Assembly: GCA_041653115.1 (NCBI GenBank)
Contig: JBAZGA010000005.1
Coordinates: 2,296 to 66,295, forward strand
Direction: 5' to 3'
From: Candidatus Omnitrophota bacterium
Lineage (GTDB): Bacteria > Omnitrophota > Gorgyraeia > Gygaellales > Profunditerraquicolaceae
Length of the DNA stretch: 64,000 nt
The notes beneath the pieces were generated by a model, which was not told where the DNA came from, did not search any database, and worked only from the letters and a program-made list of their open reading frames with translations. Both the position numbers and the translations under genes were made by a program. Position 1 is the first letter of the stretch, and the number at the start of each line of letters is the position of its first letter. Positions 48,583 through 58,523 of the stretch are shown here, piece by piece.

Positions 48583-49756
48583 AAGAAAAACTTATAATTT
48601 ATTAAAAGATCTTAGGCAACCCGCCTGTATCGTGCTGGGGATGGAATCGTTTACAGGATTAAGTATAATCCGCAGCTTAGGCGTAATGGGAGTTCCGGTA
48701 ATCGGAGTGGACTGGTCACGGCTTGCCATAGGAGCATTTTCCGAGTATTGCTCGGCAGCAGAATTCTCGCGTAATGAAGAAGATTTGCTTTGTCTTCTAG
48801 GAGCGATAAGGAGGATAAGTCGGCAGAGAAACGTAATAATTTGCGAAAGCGACAAGTATCTTTTATTCTTAGATAAGTATAAGCACGAATTAGACAAGGA
48901 TTTTTTCCTAACCATCCCCAGTAGGATATTATTATCAGAGTTGATGAACAAGAAAAGGATGATGGAATTAGCCGTGGAGGCAGGTATTGATACCCCGCGT
49001 ACTTTTTCCTCCAGCCGATTTTCAGAAGAGGAGATTAAGAAAAAAGTTCTTTATCCTTGTTTTATCAAGCCACTATATACCCAAACAAATTTAAGGACAA
49101 AGGGCGAAATAGCGAAGAATGAAAGAGAGCTTGAGTATTCTTTGGCTAAAGAAAGATTCAAAGGAGGATACATTGTCCAGGAGATTATCGGCGGCCCGGA
49201 GACCGATATCTGGATTTATGCAGGTTATATAAGCAAAAACTTAAAAGTAGGGGTTACTTGTTATAAATACAGGCAAATCCCTAGGGGTTTTGGAGTAGGT
49301 ATCGTCGCTTTTAGTATGAAAAATCAGGATGTGCAGGAGGCGGGAAACAGATTTTTGGATTACTTAAATTACACCGGATTATTTTGTCTTGAATTCAAAA
49401 AGGATTCCAGGGATGGCAAATATAAGCTTTTGGAAATCAATCCGCGGATTTGCGGCCAGAATCAGCTCTTCACATTCTTAGGGTTTAATCTCCCATATAT
49501 TGCATATCTTGATGCTTTAAGCTTGAAAGCCGAATATCCTGCTGCGCAAAAAGATGGTGTTTTATGGGTTTCAGTCATAGAGGATTTTATCACCTGTTGC
49601 AGGTATTATTGCCATTACAATAAGCTGATATTTATTGATTGGATCAGGAAATCATGCCAAGCGGATGTATATGCGGATTTTTCTATGCGAGACATCAAGC
49701 CGTTCATATTCAAACTCCTCAAGCATGTATTGAGGATGAATAAAACGAGCAATTAA
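48545..49756 (+). CDS. ATP-grasp domain enzyme
   Basis: GYIVQEIIGGPETDIWIYAGY...LLEINPRI ATP-grasp fold; start uncertain (alternative ATG at 48569). Confidence 0.65.
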   Translation: MVTIRTFHMKKVERKTYNLLKDLRQPACIVLGMESFTGLSIIRSLGVMGVPVIGVDWSRLAIGAFSEYCSAAEFSRNEEDLLCLLGAIRRISRQRNVIICESDKYLLFLDKYKHELDKDFFLTIPSRILLSELMNKKRMMELAVEAGIDTPRTFSSSRFSEEEIKKKVLYPCFIKPLYTQTNLRTKGEIAKNERELEYSLAKERFKGGYIVQEIIGGPETDIWIYAGYISKNLKVGVTCYKYRQIPRGFGVGIVAFSMKNQDVQEAGNRFLDYLNYTGLFCLEFKKDSRDGKYKLLEINPRICGQNQLFTFLGFNLPYIAYLDALSLKAEYPAAQKDGVLWVSVIEDFITCCRYYCHYNKLIFIDWIRKSCQADVYADFSMRDIKPFIFKLLKHVLRMNKTSN

Positions 49757-49758
49757 TC

Positions 49759-51003
49759 TTGAGGCATATTATGAAAATTCTGCTTGTAAACAAATTTTTC
49801 TATCTGAAAGGTGGCGCTGAATTCGTCTTTTTTGAAACAGCTAAACTCTTAAAAAATAAGGGCCACCAGATAATGTTTTTCTCGATGGACCATCCGCGCA
49901 ACTTAAAATCAGAATACGGAAAATACTTTGTTTCTAACATAGATTATGGGAGAAAGGGGATAAAAAATATCATATTTTCTTCATTGCGGCTTTTATATTC
50001 TATGCAGGCCAAAAGAAGGATAGAAGAGCTTATTTCTATAGAGAAACCGGATATCGCGCATTTGCATAATATTTACCATCAGATTTCTCCTTCTATCCTG
50101 CATGCCCTTAAAAAATATAATATTCCTATCGTGATGACCATCCATGATTTTAAGTTAGTCTGTGCTTCTTATCTGCTTTTTACCGGCGGGCATATCTGCG
50201 AAGCCTGCAGAGGAGGTCGGTATTATCAGTGTTTTTTAAAAAAATGCGTAAAAGATTCCCCCGTAAAAAGCTTATTGAATACGATGGAGATGTACTGGCA
50301 TCATAAGATGCTGCATATTTATGACCTGGTGGATATATTTATCTCGCCCAGCAGATTTCACAAAGATAAGATAAGAGAGATGGGTTTTAAAGGAAAAATT
50401 ATTTATCTGTCTAATTTTATAAACCTTAAAGAGTATACGCCGTCATATAGCTCTCAGGAGAAATCAGTTGTTTATTTAGGCCGCCTCTCCAGAGAAAAGG
50501 GGTTAGGTGTTTTATTGGAAGCTATGAAGGGGATAGGCGCGAAGCTTAAAATTATCGGCGATGGGCCGCTAAAAAAAATACTTTTTGAAAAAACAAGGTT
50601 AGAAAACCAGAAGAATGTTGAGTTCCTAGGATATAAGACGCTGGAGGAATTGAAGAAAGAAATAGAAAAAGCAATGTTTCTGATTCTTCCTTCGGAGTGT
50701 TATGAGAATAATCCCCTGTCCATTATGCAGGCTTTTGCTTTGGGTAAGCCAGTTATCGCATCAAGGAACGGAGGCGTGCCTGAATTGGTCAGGGATAATG
50801 AGACTGGCTTAACTTTTCTGCCGGGAGATGTAGGGGATTTACGGGCGAAGATACTCCAGCTTTTGAAAGATAGAGCCGGACAGGAACGTATGGGGCGCGA
50901 GGCAAGAAGAATGATAGAAGAGAATTGCAGCTCAGAAGTCCATTATAAGAAATTGCTCGGTATCTATAATTCCGTTCTTCTTAAGCAGGGGGTTTTGGAA
51001 TGA
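49759..51003 (+). CDS. GT4 glycosyltransferase
   Basis: C-terminal GT-B retaining signature (ECYENNPLSIMQAFALGKPVIASRNGGVPELV). Confidence 0.8.
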   Translation: MRHIMKILLVNKFFYLKGGAEFVFFETAKLLKNKGHQIMFFSMDHPRNLKSEYGKYFVSNIDYGRKGIKNIIFSSLRLLYSMQAKRRIEELISIEKPDIAHLHNIYHQISPSILHALKKYNIPIVMTIHDFKLVCASYLLFTGGHICEACRGGRYYQCFLKKCVKDSPVKSLLNTMEMYWHHKMLHIYDLVDIFISPSRFHKDKIREMGFKGKIIYLSNFINLKEYTPSYSSQEKSVVYLGRLSREKGLGVLLEAMKGIGAKLKIIGDGPLKKILFEKTRLENQKNVEFLGYKTLEELKKEIEKAMFLILPSECYENNPLSIMQAFALGKPVIASRNGGVPELVRDNETGLTFLPGDVGDLRAKILQLLKDRAGQERMGREARRMIEENCSSEVHYKKLLGIYNSVLLKQGVLE

Positions 51004-52103
51004 GAATCGTCATCCTGGGAACGCGGGGTTTTCCAAATGTGCAGGGCGGGGTTGAAAAACACTGCGAATGCCTTTCGGTTAATCTCGTAAAATTAGGATG
51101 CGAGGTTATAGTATTTACAAGGAAACCGTATGTGGATAAAAGCCTCAAAGAATATAAAGGGGTAACATTGGTTGTTCTCCCGGCTTTCCGGAACAAATCA
51201 TTAGAAGCATTTCTTCACACCTTTATAGGAGTTTTTTTTGCTTTGAGATATAGGCCTGATATTTTACATATTCAAGCCATTGGGCCGGCGTTTTTTACTC
51301 CTTTGGCGAGGACTTTAGGGATGAAAGTTATCGTCACTTCTCACGGCTCCAATTATAAGCATCTTAAATGGGGGAGATTTGCAAAGGCAGTTTTAAGGTT
51401 AAGCGAATTTTTAGGGGTAGTTTTTTCAAACGATGTGATAGCTATTTCCGATATTATTGCAGGAGAAATATTAAGAAACTATGGTAGGAAAGCAACTGTG
51501 ATTTATAATGGCGTGACTATGCCTGAGACTTTAAAAAGCGAAGAATCGCTAAAGAACTTCGGCCTCGAAAAAGGAAAATATCTTCTTGCAGTGGGAAGAT
51601 TTGTTCCGGAAAAAGGATTCGGTGAGTTGATAGAAGCATTCAATTCGTCTTTAGGCTGGAAATTGGTGATAGCTGGAGATGCCGACCATCAGGATGAGTA
51701 TAGCCGGAGATTGAAGGAGCTAGCTAAAAAGAAACCCGGAGTAGTTTTGACCGGTTTTTTAAGCGGGCAGACTCTGCATGAATTATATAGCCATGCCGGC
51801 CTGTTTGTGCTACCGTCTTATTATGAAGGTTTACCAATATCTCTTCTTGAGGCGATGAGTTACGGCTTATCCTGCCTGGCAAGCGATATCCCGGCGAATA
51901 GAAACGTGGGCTTAACGGATGATAGGTTTTTTAAAGCAGGCGATATCTACAGGTTAAGAGAAAAGATTATTTATTTTATGGATAAACCGTTAAACGAAGG
52001 AGAAAGAGCTGCGCAGATTACAATAATAACCGAAAAATACAACTGGGAAAAAATTGCAAAGCAGACGCTGGAATTATATAGACGTACGCTTTATAAAAAA
52101 TGA
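51000..52103 (+). CDS. GT4 glycosyltransferase
   Basis: PSYYEGLPISLLEAMSYGLSCLASDIPANRNV E-x7-E-type motif. Confidence 0.8.
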   Translation: MRIVILGTRGFPNVQGGVEKHCECLSVNLVKLGCEVIVFTRKPYVDKSLKEYKGVTLVVLPAFRNKSLEAFLHTFIGVFFALRYRPDILHIQAIGPAFFTPLARTLGMKVIVTSHGSNYKHLKWGRFAKAVLRLSEFLGVVFSNDVIAISDIIAGEILRNYGRKATVIYNGVTMPETLKSEESLKNFGLEKGKYLLAVGRFVPEKGFGELIEAFNSSLGWKLVIAGDADHQDEYSRRLKELAKKKPGVVLTGFLSGQTLHELYSHAGLFVLPSYYEGLPISLLEAMSYGLSCLASDIPANRNVGLTDDRFFKAGDIYRLREKIIYFMDKPLNEGERAAQITIITEKYNWEKIAKQTLELYRRTLYKK

Positions 52104-53155
52104 AAAAGCGAATTATTAATTTAATTTTAAGTATAATTTTTATTTTTATCATAGTTATAATAGTTCTTAATTTTTTTGCAGACTTACAATTCAATTCCGC
52201 TAAAAAGCTTGAATCTCTTTACCTTTGGCAGGAAGCTAAAGAGAGATACCAATTAGCCATAAGAATCAACCCTTTCAATACGCAATACCTTAGTGCCTAT
52301 GGAGATTTTTTACGCGACAAAAGCCTTTATCAAAAAGATAGAATTGCCTGGTTATTAATGGCGGAAAAATTATATAACCGCGCTTTAGAATTAAATCCCC
52401 GCTGCGCAGAATATGCCTTATCTTCAGGCCGGGTGAAATTGGAATTATTTTTATCGGATAAGGATAAATTTAAGGATAAACTTAGCTCTGGCTTAGCTGA
52501 TTTGAAAAGAGCCTTCAAGAATGATCCGAAAGGTTTTAATATTGCTTATTCTACGGGTTATACCGGGATGACAGTTTGGGATAATCTTAATGCAGGTGAG
52601 AAGAAGTGGGTTTTGGAAAGGTTAAAATACAGTCTTAAAATTGACCCCGAATATGGTGAGCATATTTATCCTTATTTATGGCAGGCTACAAAAGACTCTA
52701 GGCTTTTGCGTAAAATCAGACCTTTAGCATCCGTACAAGAGAAAAAAGAAGAATTAAAAAGGATAGAAAGAATTAAGCAGGGTAATCTTAGTCAATCCTG
52801 GCAAGGCAAGTCTTGGTATGGAGATAATATTTATGAAGGCGGGAATATGTATTGGATGGGGACAGTGGATATGCCGGTAAATATACCTGTGGGCAAGGCA
52901 ATAGTTAAACTACAAGCCAGTGGCTCACCGGCTAACGGCGTATGGCCTCATATGATTGTAGAATTAGACGGTGAGGAAATCGGAGAGACATTTGTAGAGA
53001 ACGCGGAATGGAAAGAATACATTTTTGATATAGATACAAAGGGCGGAGTTAAGGTATTGAATATTACTTTTTCGAACGACGGAAGCAACCCCGCTAATAA
53101 TGAAGATAGAAATTTGTATCTGGGCGAAGTCAAAATAATAAAAAATGAGCGATAA
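52100..53155 (+). CDS. Membrane-anchored TPR-like protein with C-terminal carbohydrate-binding-module-like domain
   Basis: N-terminal TM, TPR-like helical repeats, C-terminal beta-sandwich-like segment ending ...DRNLYLGEVKIIK (CBM-like); very AT-rich. Confidence 0.4.
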   Translation: MKKRIINLILSIIFIFIIVIIVLNFFADLQFNSAKKLESLYLWQEAKERYQLAIRINPFNTQYLSAYGDFLRDKSLYQKDRIAWLLMAEKLYNRALELNPRCAEYALSSGRVKLELFLSDKDKFKDKLSSGLADLKRAFKNDPKGFNIAYSTGYTGMTVWDNLNAGEKKWVLERLKYSLKIDPEYGEHIYPYLWQATKDSRLLRKIRPLASVQEKKEELKRIERIKQGNLSQSWQGKSWYGDNIYEGGNMYWMGTVDMPVNIPVGKAIVKLQASGSPANGVWPHMIVELDGEEIGETFVENAEWKEYIFDIDTKGGVKVLNITFSNDGSNPANNEDRNLYLGEVKIIKNER

Positions 53156-54356
53156 AATATATAGACGCATAATTTGGTTTGGGATAGCGTTAGTCTTAAT
53201 TTTTTCTCCCCTTGCAGGGGGGGCAACAAGGGTATGGGCAATTGCGCCGGTTTTGCTTATTGAATTTACGCTGGTATTCTTATGGCTCTGGAGAATCAAT
53301 AATCGAGGAGAAAAGCCTGAACGCACAGCTTTAGATAAGCCGATATTCGCCTTTGTTGTTCTGGCAGTTATTTCTTTTGTCTTTTCTATTTATAAACATG
53401 ACAGTTTCTTCGCGCTGCTTCGGCTCTTTGGTTATGTAGGAATTTTTTATCTGGTATTAAATAACTTTGACCAGATAATGCGCAGGCGCTTATCGGGATT
53501 AGTGATATTTATCGGCGCCGGGCTTTCTCTTTACGGCTTTTTGCAATACTTCGGTCCACTAAATCATTCCTGGTGGAACCCGCCGCAATTTTTAGCCGCA
53601 AGCTACATTAACCATAACCACTTTGCCGGATACCTGGAACTGGTAATTCCGGTGACGATAGGTATGTTATTTAGCCGCAGCCTGAAGTCTGCCGGTTACA
53701 GGTTAGTAATATTAGTAGCGCTAATCATTATGTTAATGGTTTTTATTTTTGTCCAGTCGCGAGGCGGGTGGCTTTCTCTGGCGGTTGCGCTTTTGGTGAT
53801 GAATATTGTCTTGATAAAACAGGGAAGGCTGAAGAAAAAGAGTTTCTTTGCTTTTTTCATTATTCTAGGGTTAATTTTCTCTTTTTTCTATTTTAACAGA
53901 GACGAAGTATCACAGCGTATAGAAACAGTTGCAGATATTCGCGACTTATCTTTTCAAACCAGATTAAGGATTTGGGATGGAGCAGTGAAGATGGCGCGCG
54001 ATAATCCCTTAATCGGGGTGGGGATTGGCGCGCTTGACTACGCGTTTTCTCAATACCGTCCAGAGGGCTTTGACGCCCGGGCAGTGAATGCCCATAATGA
54101 ATATTTGAATGTAGCCAGTGAGATGGGCATAGCAGCTTCTCTGTTGATGCTTTGGATATTCATCGCTGTAATTATTGAAGGTTTAAAGAAAAGGCATTTT
54201 AACTCCCGGAGGCTTGGCTGCGCAATCGGCATATTGAGCCTCTGCCTGCACGGTTTGATAGATTTTAATTTCCATATCCCGGCGAATATGTTATTATTTA
54301 CCATATATGCCGCTTTCATTATGACACCTAGCAAAGGGGACATAAACAGTGTTTAA
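53145..54356 (+). CDS. O-antigen ligase/polymerase family membrane protein (Wzy_C domain), copy 2
   Basis: NHNHFAGYLELVIPV...VQSRGGWLSLAVALLVM Wzy_C core and a large periplasmic loop. Confidence 0.7.
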   Translation: MSDKIYRRIIWFGIALVLIFSPLAGGATRVWAIAPVLLIEFTLVFLWLWRINNRGEKPERTALDKPIFAFVVLAVISFVFSIYKHDSFFALLRLFGYVGIFYLVLNNFDQIMRRRLSGLVIFIGAGLSLYGFLQYFGPLNHSWWNPPQFLAASYINHNHFAGYLELVIPVTIGMLFSRSLKSAGYRLVILVALIIMLMVFIFVQSRGGWLSLAVALLVMNIVLIKQGRLKKKSFFAFFIILGLIFSFFYFNRDEVSQRIETVADIRDLSFQTRLRIWDGAVKMARDNPLIGVGIGALDYAFSQYRPEGFDARAVNAHNEYLNVASEMGIAASLLMLWIFIAVIIEGLKKRHFNSRRLGCAIGILSLCLHGLIDFNFHIPANMLLFTIYAAFIMTPSKGDINSV

Positions 54357-55797
54357 AGAAAGAGATACGGTAATCAGGCAGGCGATGATGGTGCTGGATA
54401 TGCTTATTATCAGCGCCGCGTTTTTAATTACTTTTCTTTTAAGAAAGAATTTTGATGTTTTATACAGATTAAATCTTATATCTTCCAGCCACGTTATCCC
54501 CGGATTCTCGCCGTCATTAAACGATTATTTAATAGTTTTGTTTCTTATCGTCCCTCTCTATAGCCTGATGTTTTTTATCAACGGGATGTACCGCTCTATG
54601 CGGGGAATGTCTTTTATAGAGGTATCGTGGATAATCGTAAAATCGGCATTCTTTGTCACTTTTTCCTTTGCCGCGCTCGCCTTTTTAATGAAGCTGCATT
54701 TTGTGAGCAGGGTATTTTTTATTCTTTTCGTTACCATCAGCTCCGGAGCAATATTGCTGGAGAAGGCGCTAATCTTCAAACTGATGCATTATCTGCGCAA
54801 GCAGGGATATAATTACCGGCGGCTCCTGATTGTCGGCACCGGCAGGAGGGCGAATGATTTTGTCAATAAGCTGAAAAGCCATCCCCAGTGGGGTTTCCGG
54901 ATTATCGGGGCAGTGGATTTTGAGGAAGAAAAAATAGGTAAAAATTTTAACGAAGCTAAAATTATCGGCACTATTTACGATATACCGCGTATATTGCATA
55001 CCAAAACTGTGGATGAGGTAATCTTTGTCGTTCCCCGCTCCCGCTTGAGCGAAATAGAGAATTACCTTTATGTCTGCGAAATTGAAGGGATAAAGACAAC
55101 CGTAGCCGCGGATTTGTTTGATTTGCAAATATCTCATTTGCGCCAGACAGAGCTGGATGGAACGCCTTTGATTACTTTTGATACTACTCCCGCTAAAGAG
55201 TGGCAGCTCTTTCTCAAGAGGAGCGCGGATATTGTCATTTCCGGAATAGGGATAGCCGTTTTATTCCTGCCGCTTTTAATCGTAGCGATTCTTATCAAGC
55301 TTACTTCGCTCGGCCCGGTTTTTTATCTGCAGAAGAGGATCGGGTTAAACGGAAGAAAATTCATTCTTTTTAAGTTCCGTTCGATGCACAGGGGGGCGCA
55401 CAGAAGATTGTTCGGCCTTAGCTCTCGTAATGAAATGGAGGGGCCGGTTTTTAAAATCAAGGACGACCCGCGCATTACCCCGCTGGGGAAATTTTTGCGC
55501 AAATTCAGCGTTGATGAGTTACCCCAGTTGATGAACGTCTTTTTCGGGCAGATGAGCCTGGTAGGCCCGCGCCCGCCGGTTTACCGCGAAGTAAGGAAAT
55601 ACCAGCCCTGGCAGAGGAGGCGCCTCTCCATGCGCCCGGGATTGACTTGCCTCTGGCAGATAGCCGGGAGAAACAAAATAGATTTTGACGATTGGATGAA
55701 ATTGGATTTAGAATATATAGATACGTGGTCATTATGGCTTGATTTTAAGATTTTAGCGAAAACAATTCCCGCGGTCTTATTCGGCACGGGAGCGTAA
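54349..55797 (+). CDS. wbaP: Polyprenyl-phosphate hexose-1-phosphate transferase (WbaP/bacterial sugar transferase family)
   Basis: C-terminal PF02397 signature ...DELPQLMNVFFGQMSLVGPRP... and four N-terminal TMs. Confidence 0.85.
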   Translation: MFKERDTVIRQAMMVLDMLIISAAFLITFLLRKNFDVLYRLNLISSSHVIPGFSPSLNDYLIVLFLIVPLYSLMFFINGMYRSMRGMSFIEVSWIIVKSAFFVTFSFAALAFLMKLHFVSRVFFILFVTISSGAILLEKALIFKLMHYLRKQGYNYRRLLIVGTGRRANDFVNKLKSHPQWGFRIIGAVDFEEEKIGKNFNEAKIIGTIYDIPRILHTKTVDEVIFVVPRSRLSEIENYLYVCEIEGIKTTVAADLFDLQISHLRQTELDGTPLITFDTTPAKEWQLFLKRSADIVISGIGIAVLFLPLLIVAILIKLTSLGPVFYLQKRIGLNGRKFILFKFRSMHRGAHRRLFGLSSRNEMEGPVFKIKDDPRITPLGKFLRKFSVDELPQLMNVFFGQMSLVGPRPPVYREVRKYQPWQRRRLSMRPGLTCLWQIAGRNKIDFDDWMKLDLEYIDTWSLWLDFKILAKTIPAVLFGTGA

Positions 55798-55816
55798 TTT
55801 ATCAAGGGAGGTAAAA

Positions 55817-56650
55817 ATGCCAATTTCTATTGTTAAGCGGGGAGCCGCGATTATTTTAAGCCTGATGTTTTTTGCCTTAGGATGCTCAAAAGGGCCAAGC
55901 CAGGATGAGCGGGTGCTGGCGAAGATAAACAATTATGAAATGACTGTTTCGGATTTCCGGGACGAAGTGCGGATGACCCGCGGCAACAAGAGCCTTTCCC
56001 TGGAAGAGGCCAAGGCCAAGGAACAGCTGTTGACGGATTTAATCAATAAAAAAATCCTGATTCAACAGGCCCTCAAGCTGAATTTTGACAAGGATAAAGC
56101 ATTTATGAAGGAGATAGAAAGATACTGGGAGCAGGCATTATTGAAGCTGCTCTTTCAAAATAAATCCGAAGAGTTATCGCGGAGTATCCGCGTGGATGAC
56201 GCGGATGTGCTCCGGGCTTTTGCCAAAATGAAAAAGAGGCTCCTGGCGCAGTTTGTAGTCTTTAGCGATAGGGCTTCAGCCGAGCGGTTATCCCGGGCAG
56301 GCTCAAATTTCGACGGGGTAAAAAACAGCCTCAAGGGCTCTATTACCGAAGAAACAACCGCCTGGTGGGTTTGGAGGGATTTACCGGAACCGATTGAGGA
56401 TATTTTATTCAGCTTAAGGCCCGGCCAGGTCAGCAGCGCTTTTGCCTACGCGGATAATTGGGCGGTGGCGAGGCTATTAAAAGAAGAAGCGGTAGAGACA
56501 GGGCAGTTTGAGAAAATGGCGCCTGAAATCAGGGGTGAGCTCTTAAGGCAGAAAAAAACAGAAGCGCTGGAGAAGTGGATTGATGCTGTCACGAAACAAG
56601 CCAGGGTAAAAATCAATCAGAAGCTTCTTGAAGAAATAAAAATAGAATGA
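55817..56650 (+). CDS. SurA-N-like periplasmic chaperone lipoprotein (no clear PPIase domain)
   Basis: Lipoprotein signal (LMFFALGCS) and a SurA_N-like helical region. Confidence 0.45.
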   Translation: MPISIVKRGAAIILSLMFFALGCSKGPSQDERVLAKINNYEMTVSDFRDEVRMTRGNKSLSLEEAKAKEQLLTDLINKKILIQQALKLNFDKDKAFMKEIERYWEQALLKLLFQNKSEELSRSIRVDDADVLRAFAKMKKRLLAQFVVFSDRASAERLSRAGSNFDGVKNSLKGSITEETTAWWVWRDLPEPIEDILFSLRPGQVSSAFAYADNWAVARLLKEEAVETGQFEKMAPEIRGELLRQKKTEALEKWIDAVTKQARVKINQKLLEEIKIE

Positions 56651-56660
56651 GGAGGGGACG

Positions 56661-57227
56661 ATGATAGAGCAGGACTTTCAAAATAGAAGAAGGAACTATT
56701 TTATCAAGAAAAAATTCCAGATGGACTTTATCCTTAAGTTCTGCGGCCTGGTGGTAGCCGGTTCAATCATTTCCGGAGGGATAATTTTCCTGATGTCAAA
56801 AAGCACCCTCACCACCGCTTTTGAAAATTCGCGCCTGGTGATTAAAAGCACGGCGGATTTTGTGATGCCGGCGGTATTGCTGGGCAGCTGCGTAGTTGTA
56901 TTGCTGGTGGGCTTAGCTACTATTTTTATCACCCTTTTTACCTCGCATAAGATTGCCGGGCCCCTTTACCGGATGGAGCAGGATGTCAAGGACGTAGCCG
57001 TGGGCAATCTGAAGATGAAATTTCATTTGCGCCAGGGCGATGAGTTGAAAGGGATGGCGGAGAGCCTGGAAGCAATGGCGCGCAACCTTCAGTCAAGGAT
57101 TGCCGCAATAAAGAGCGGTTTTGCTGAATTGGAATCAGTAATTATTTTCCTGAACAGGGATGATACGCAGGGAGCAAAAGCAATCCTCGAGAAAATTAAA
57201 CAGGAGCTGGATAGCTTTAAAGTTTAA
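56661..57227 (+). CDS. Two-TM protein with HAMP-like linker (hypothetical signalling membrane protein)
   Basis: Two TM helices then IAGPLYRMEQDVKDVAVGNLKMKFHLRQGDELKGMAESLEAMARNL (HAMP-like). Confidence 0.45.
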   Translation: MIEQDFQNRRRNYFIKKKFQMDFILKFCGLVVAGSIISGGIIFLMSKSTLTTAFENSRLVIKSTADFVMPAVLLGSCVVVLLVGLATIFITLFTSHKIAGPLYRMEQDVKDVAVGNLKMKFHLRQGDELKGMAESLEAMARNLQSRIAAIKSGFAELESVIIFLNRDDTQGAKAILEKIKQELDSFKV

Positions 57228-57231
57228 ACGT

Positions 57232-57876
57232 ATGCGAACATTAGCCGTAGGGAAAAATTCGCGTTCCGCGCAGACGTGCATCTTGTTTTTAATCTTCTAT
57301 TTATTTGTCTGCAATTCTTCTCAATTCGCGGAAGAATACCGGAACAGGGAAAGCCAGTTTTTTGAGGGAAAGGCGCAGCAAGAGGCTGACAGCTGTCCCT
57401 GGACCACAATCAGCAGTTCTTATTTTACAATTTATTTAGAGCCGGACGTAAGCTTAAAGAGGGTGTTCTCAAGGATTAACCGGAGGGGTTTTTATACCGG
57501 CGCCGCGCGCCAGAGGATGAATTCTTTAGACAGTCTTGAAGAGAAGATTGCCTATAGAATGGATATATTGTTGGAGCGGGTAAAGAAAGTCCTGGATACC
57601 TACCCGGCCATCGCGAACATCAAAGTCAGGGTTTTTAAGAACCGCCAGGACCTGCAGGATGAATTTTACAGGATAACCTTCAGGCGCAGCCCGGTGCGCT
57701 CCTTTTATGTCCACAGGTACCGCACGATTTATACTTCCGAGGTTGATATAAGCGATTCGGTAATCGCCCATGAAATGGGCCATGCCGTGGTGGACCACCA
57801 TTTTCAGGCTGTGCCATCGGAAAAGGTAGGGGAGATGCTGGCGACCTACGTAGATTTACATCTTGATGAAGATTGA
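57232..57876 (+). CDS. Putative secreted HExxH zinc metallopeptidase-like protein
   Basis: Signal-peptide-like N-terminus and VIAHEMGHAVV HExxH motif; start set at ATG 57232 just after the upstream stop (track: 57160). Confidence 0.45.
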   Translation: MRTLAVGKNSRSAQTCILFLIFYLFVCNSSQFAEEYRNRESQFFEGKAQQEADSCPWTTISSSYFTIYLEPDVSLKRVFSRINRRGFYTGAARQRMNSLDSLEEKIAYRMDILLERVKKVLDTYPAIANIKVRVFKNRQDLQDEFYRITFRRSPVRSFYVHRYRTIYTSEVDISDSVIAHEMGHAVVDHHFQAVPSEKVGEMLATYVDLHLDED

Positions 57877-57921
57877 TTATGTTAGAGACTTAACTTCTAG
57901 GAAATAAATGACTTAAAAAAC

Positions 57922-57950
57922 TTGACAAAGGCATAGCCAGATGTTATACT
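57922..57950 (+). promoter_or_regulatory. Sigma70-type promoter (TTGACA-17-TATACT with extended GATGT)
   Basis: TTGACA at 57922-57927 and TATACT at 57945-57950. Confidence 0.55.
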
Positions 57951-57992
57951 TATTCTAAATGTGCTTAAATAAATAATAAGGAGGAGTAAATC

Positions 57993-58490
57993 ATGAAAAA
58001 GACAGCGATTTTGATACTTTTGATTTCATTTGTCATTATGGCGGGAATAGTAGAGTTTTCTTACGCCGCAGCCGGTAAGCTGACAAGATTAGAGCTCGCG
58101 GAATGTTTATCCCGCAGGCAGGGGATTAGCTTGCCTTCAGAGAAGCTTTCTAAGGATGCTTATTATAATTCCTTAGCCAATGCCTTAGCCACAAAAGGGA
58201 TAACGATATTCCTGAATTCCAAGCCCAATGAGCCCCTTACCTGCGCCCAGGCAATTGATCTGCTTTACGGCGTGGCAGGCGGCGGGAAAGAAAATCTGGG
58301 TACTACTGCCAAGATTGATTTTCTGGTAAGAAACGGTTATCTTTCTACGGCGGCTGACCCGGCAAAAATGGCAAGCACCTGCGAACAGATATTGTGTCAG
58401 CCCCCGGTAGCCGAACCTTATGCCCCTGCGGAAATTCTGCGCACCCAAGCGCCCGGAGAAAAAAGGGATAACCCCGTAGACCAATATTAA
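57993..58490 (+). CDS. Secreted hypothetical protein
   Basis: Signal peptide (ILLISFVIMAGIVEFSYAAAG); strong RBS AAGGAGGAG. Confidence 0.5.
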   Translation: MKKTAILILLISFVIMAGIVEFSYAAAGKLTRLELAECLSRRQGISLPSEKLSKDAYYNSLANALATKGITIFLNSKPNEPLTCAQAIDLLYGVAGGGKENLGTTAKIDFLVRNGYLSTAADPAKMASTCEQILCQPPVAEPYAPAEILRTQAPGEKRDNPVDQY

Positions 58491-58523
58491 AATTTAAATC
58501 TCTCTAAAATAGAAAGGGCTAAA

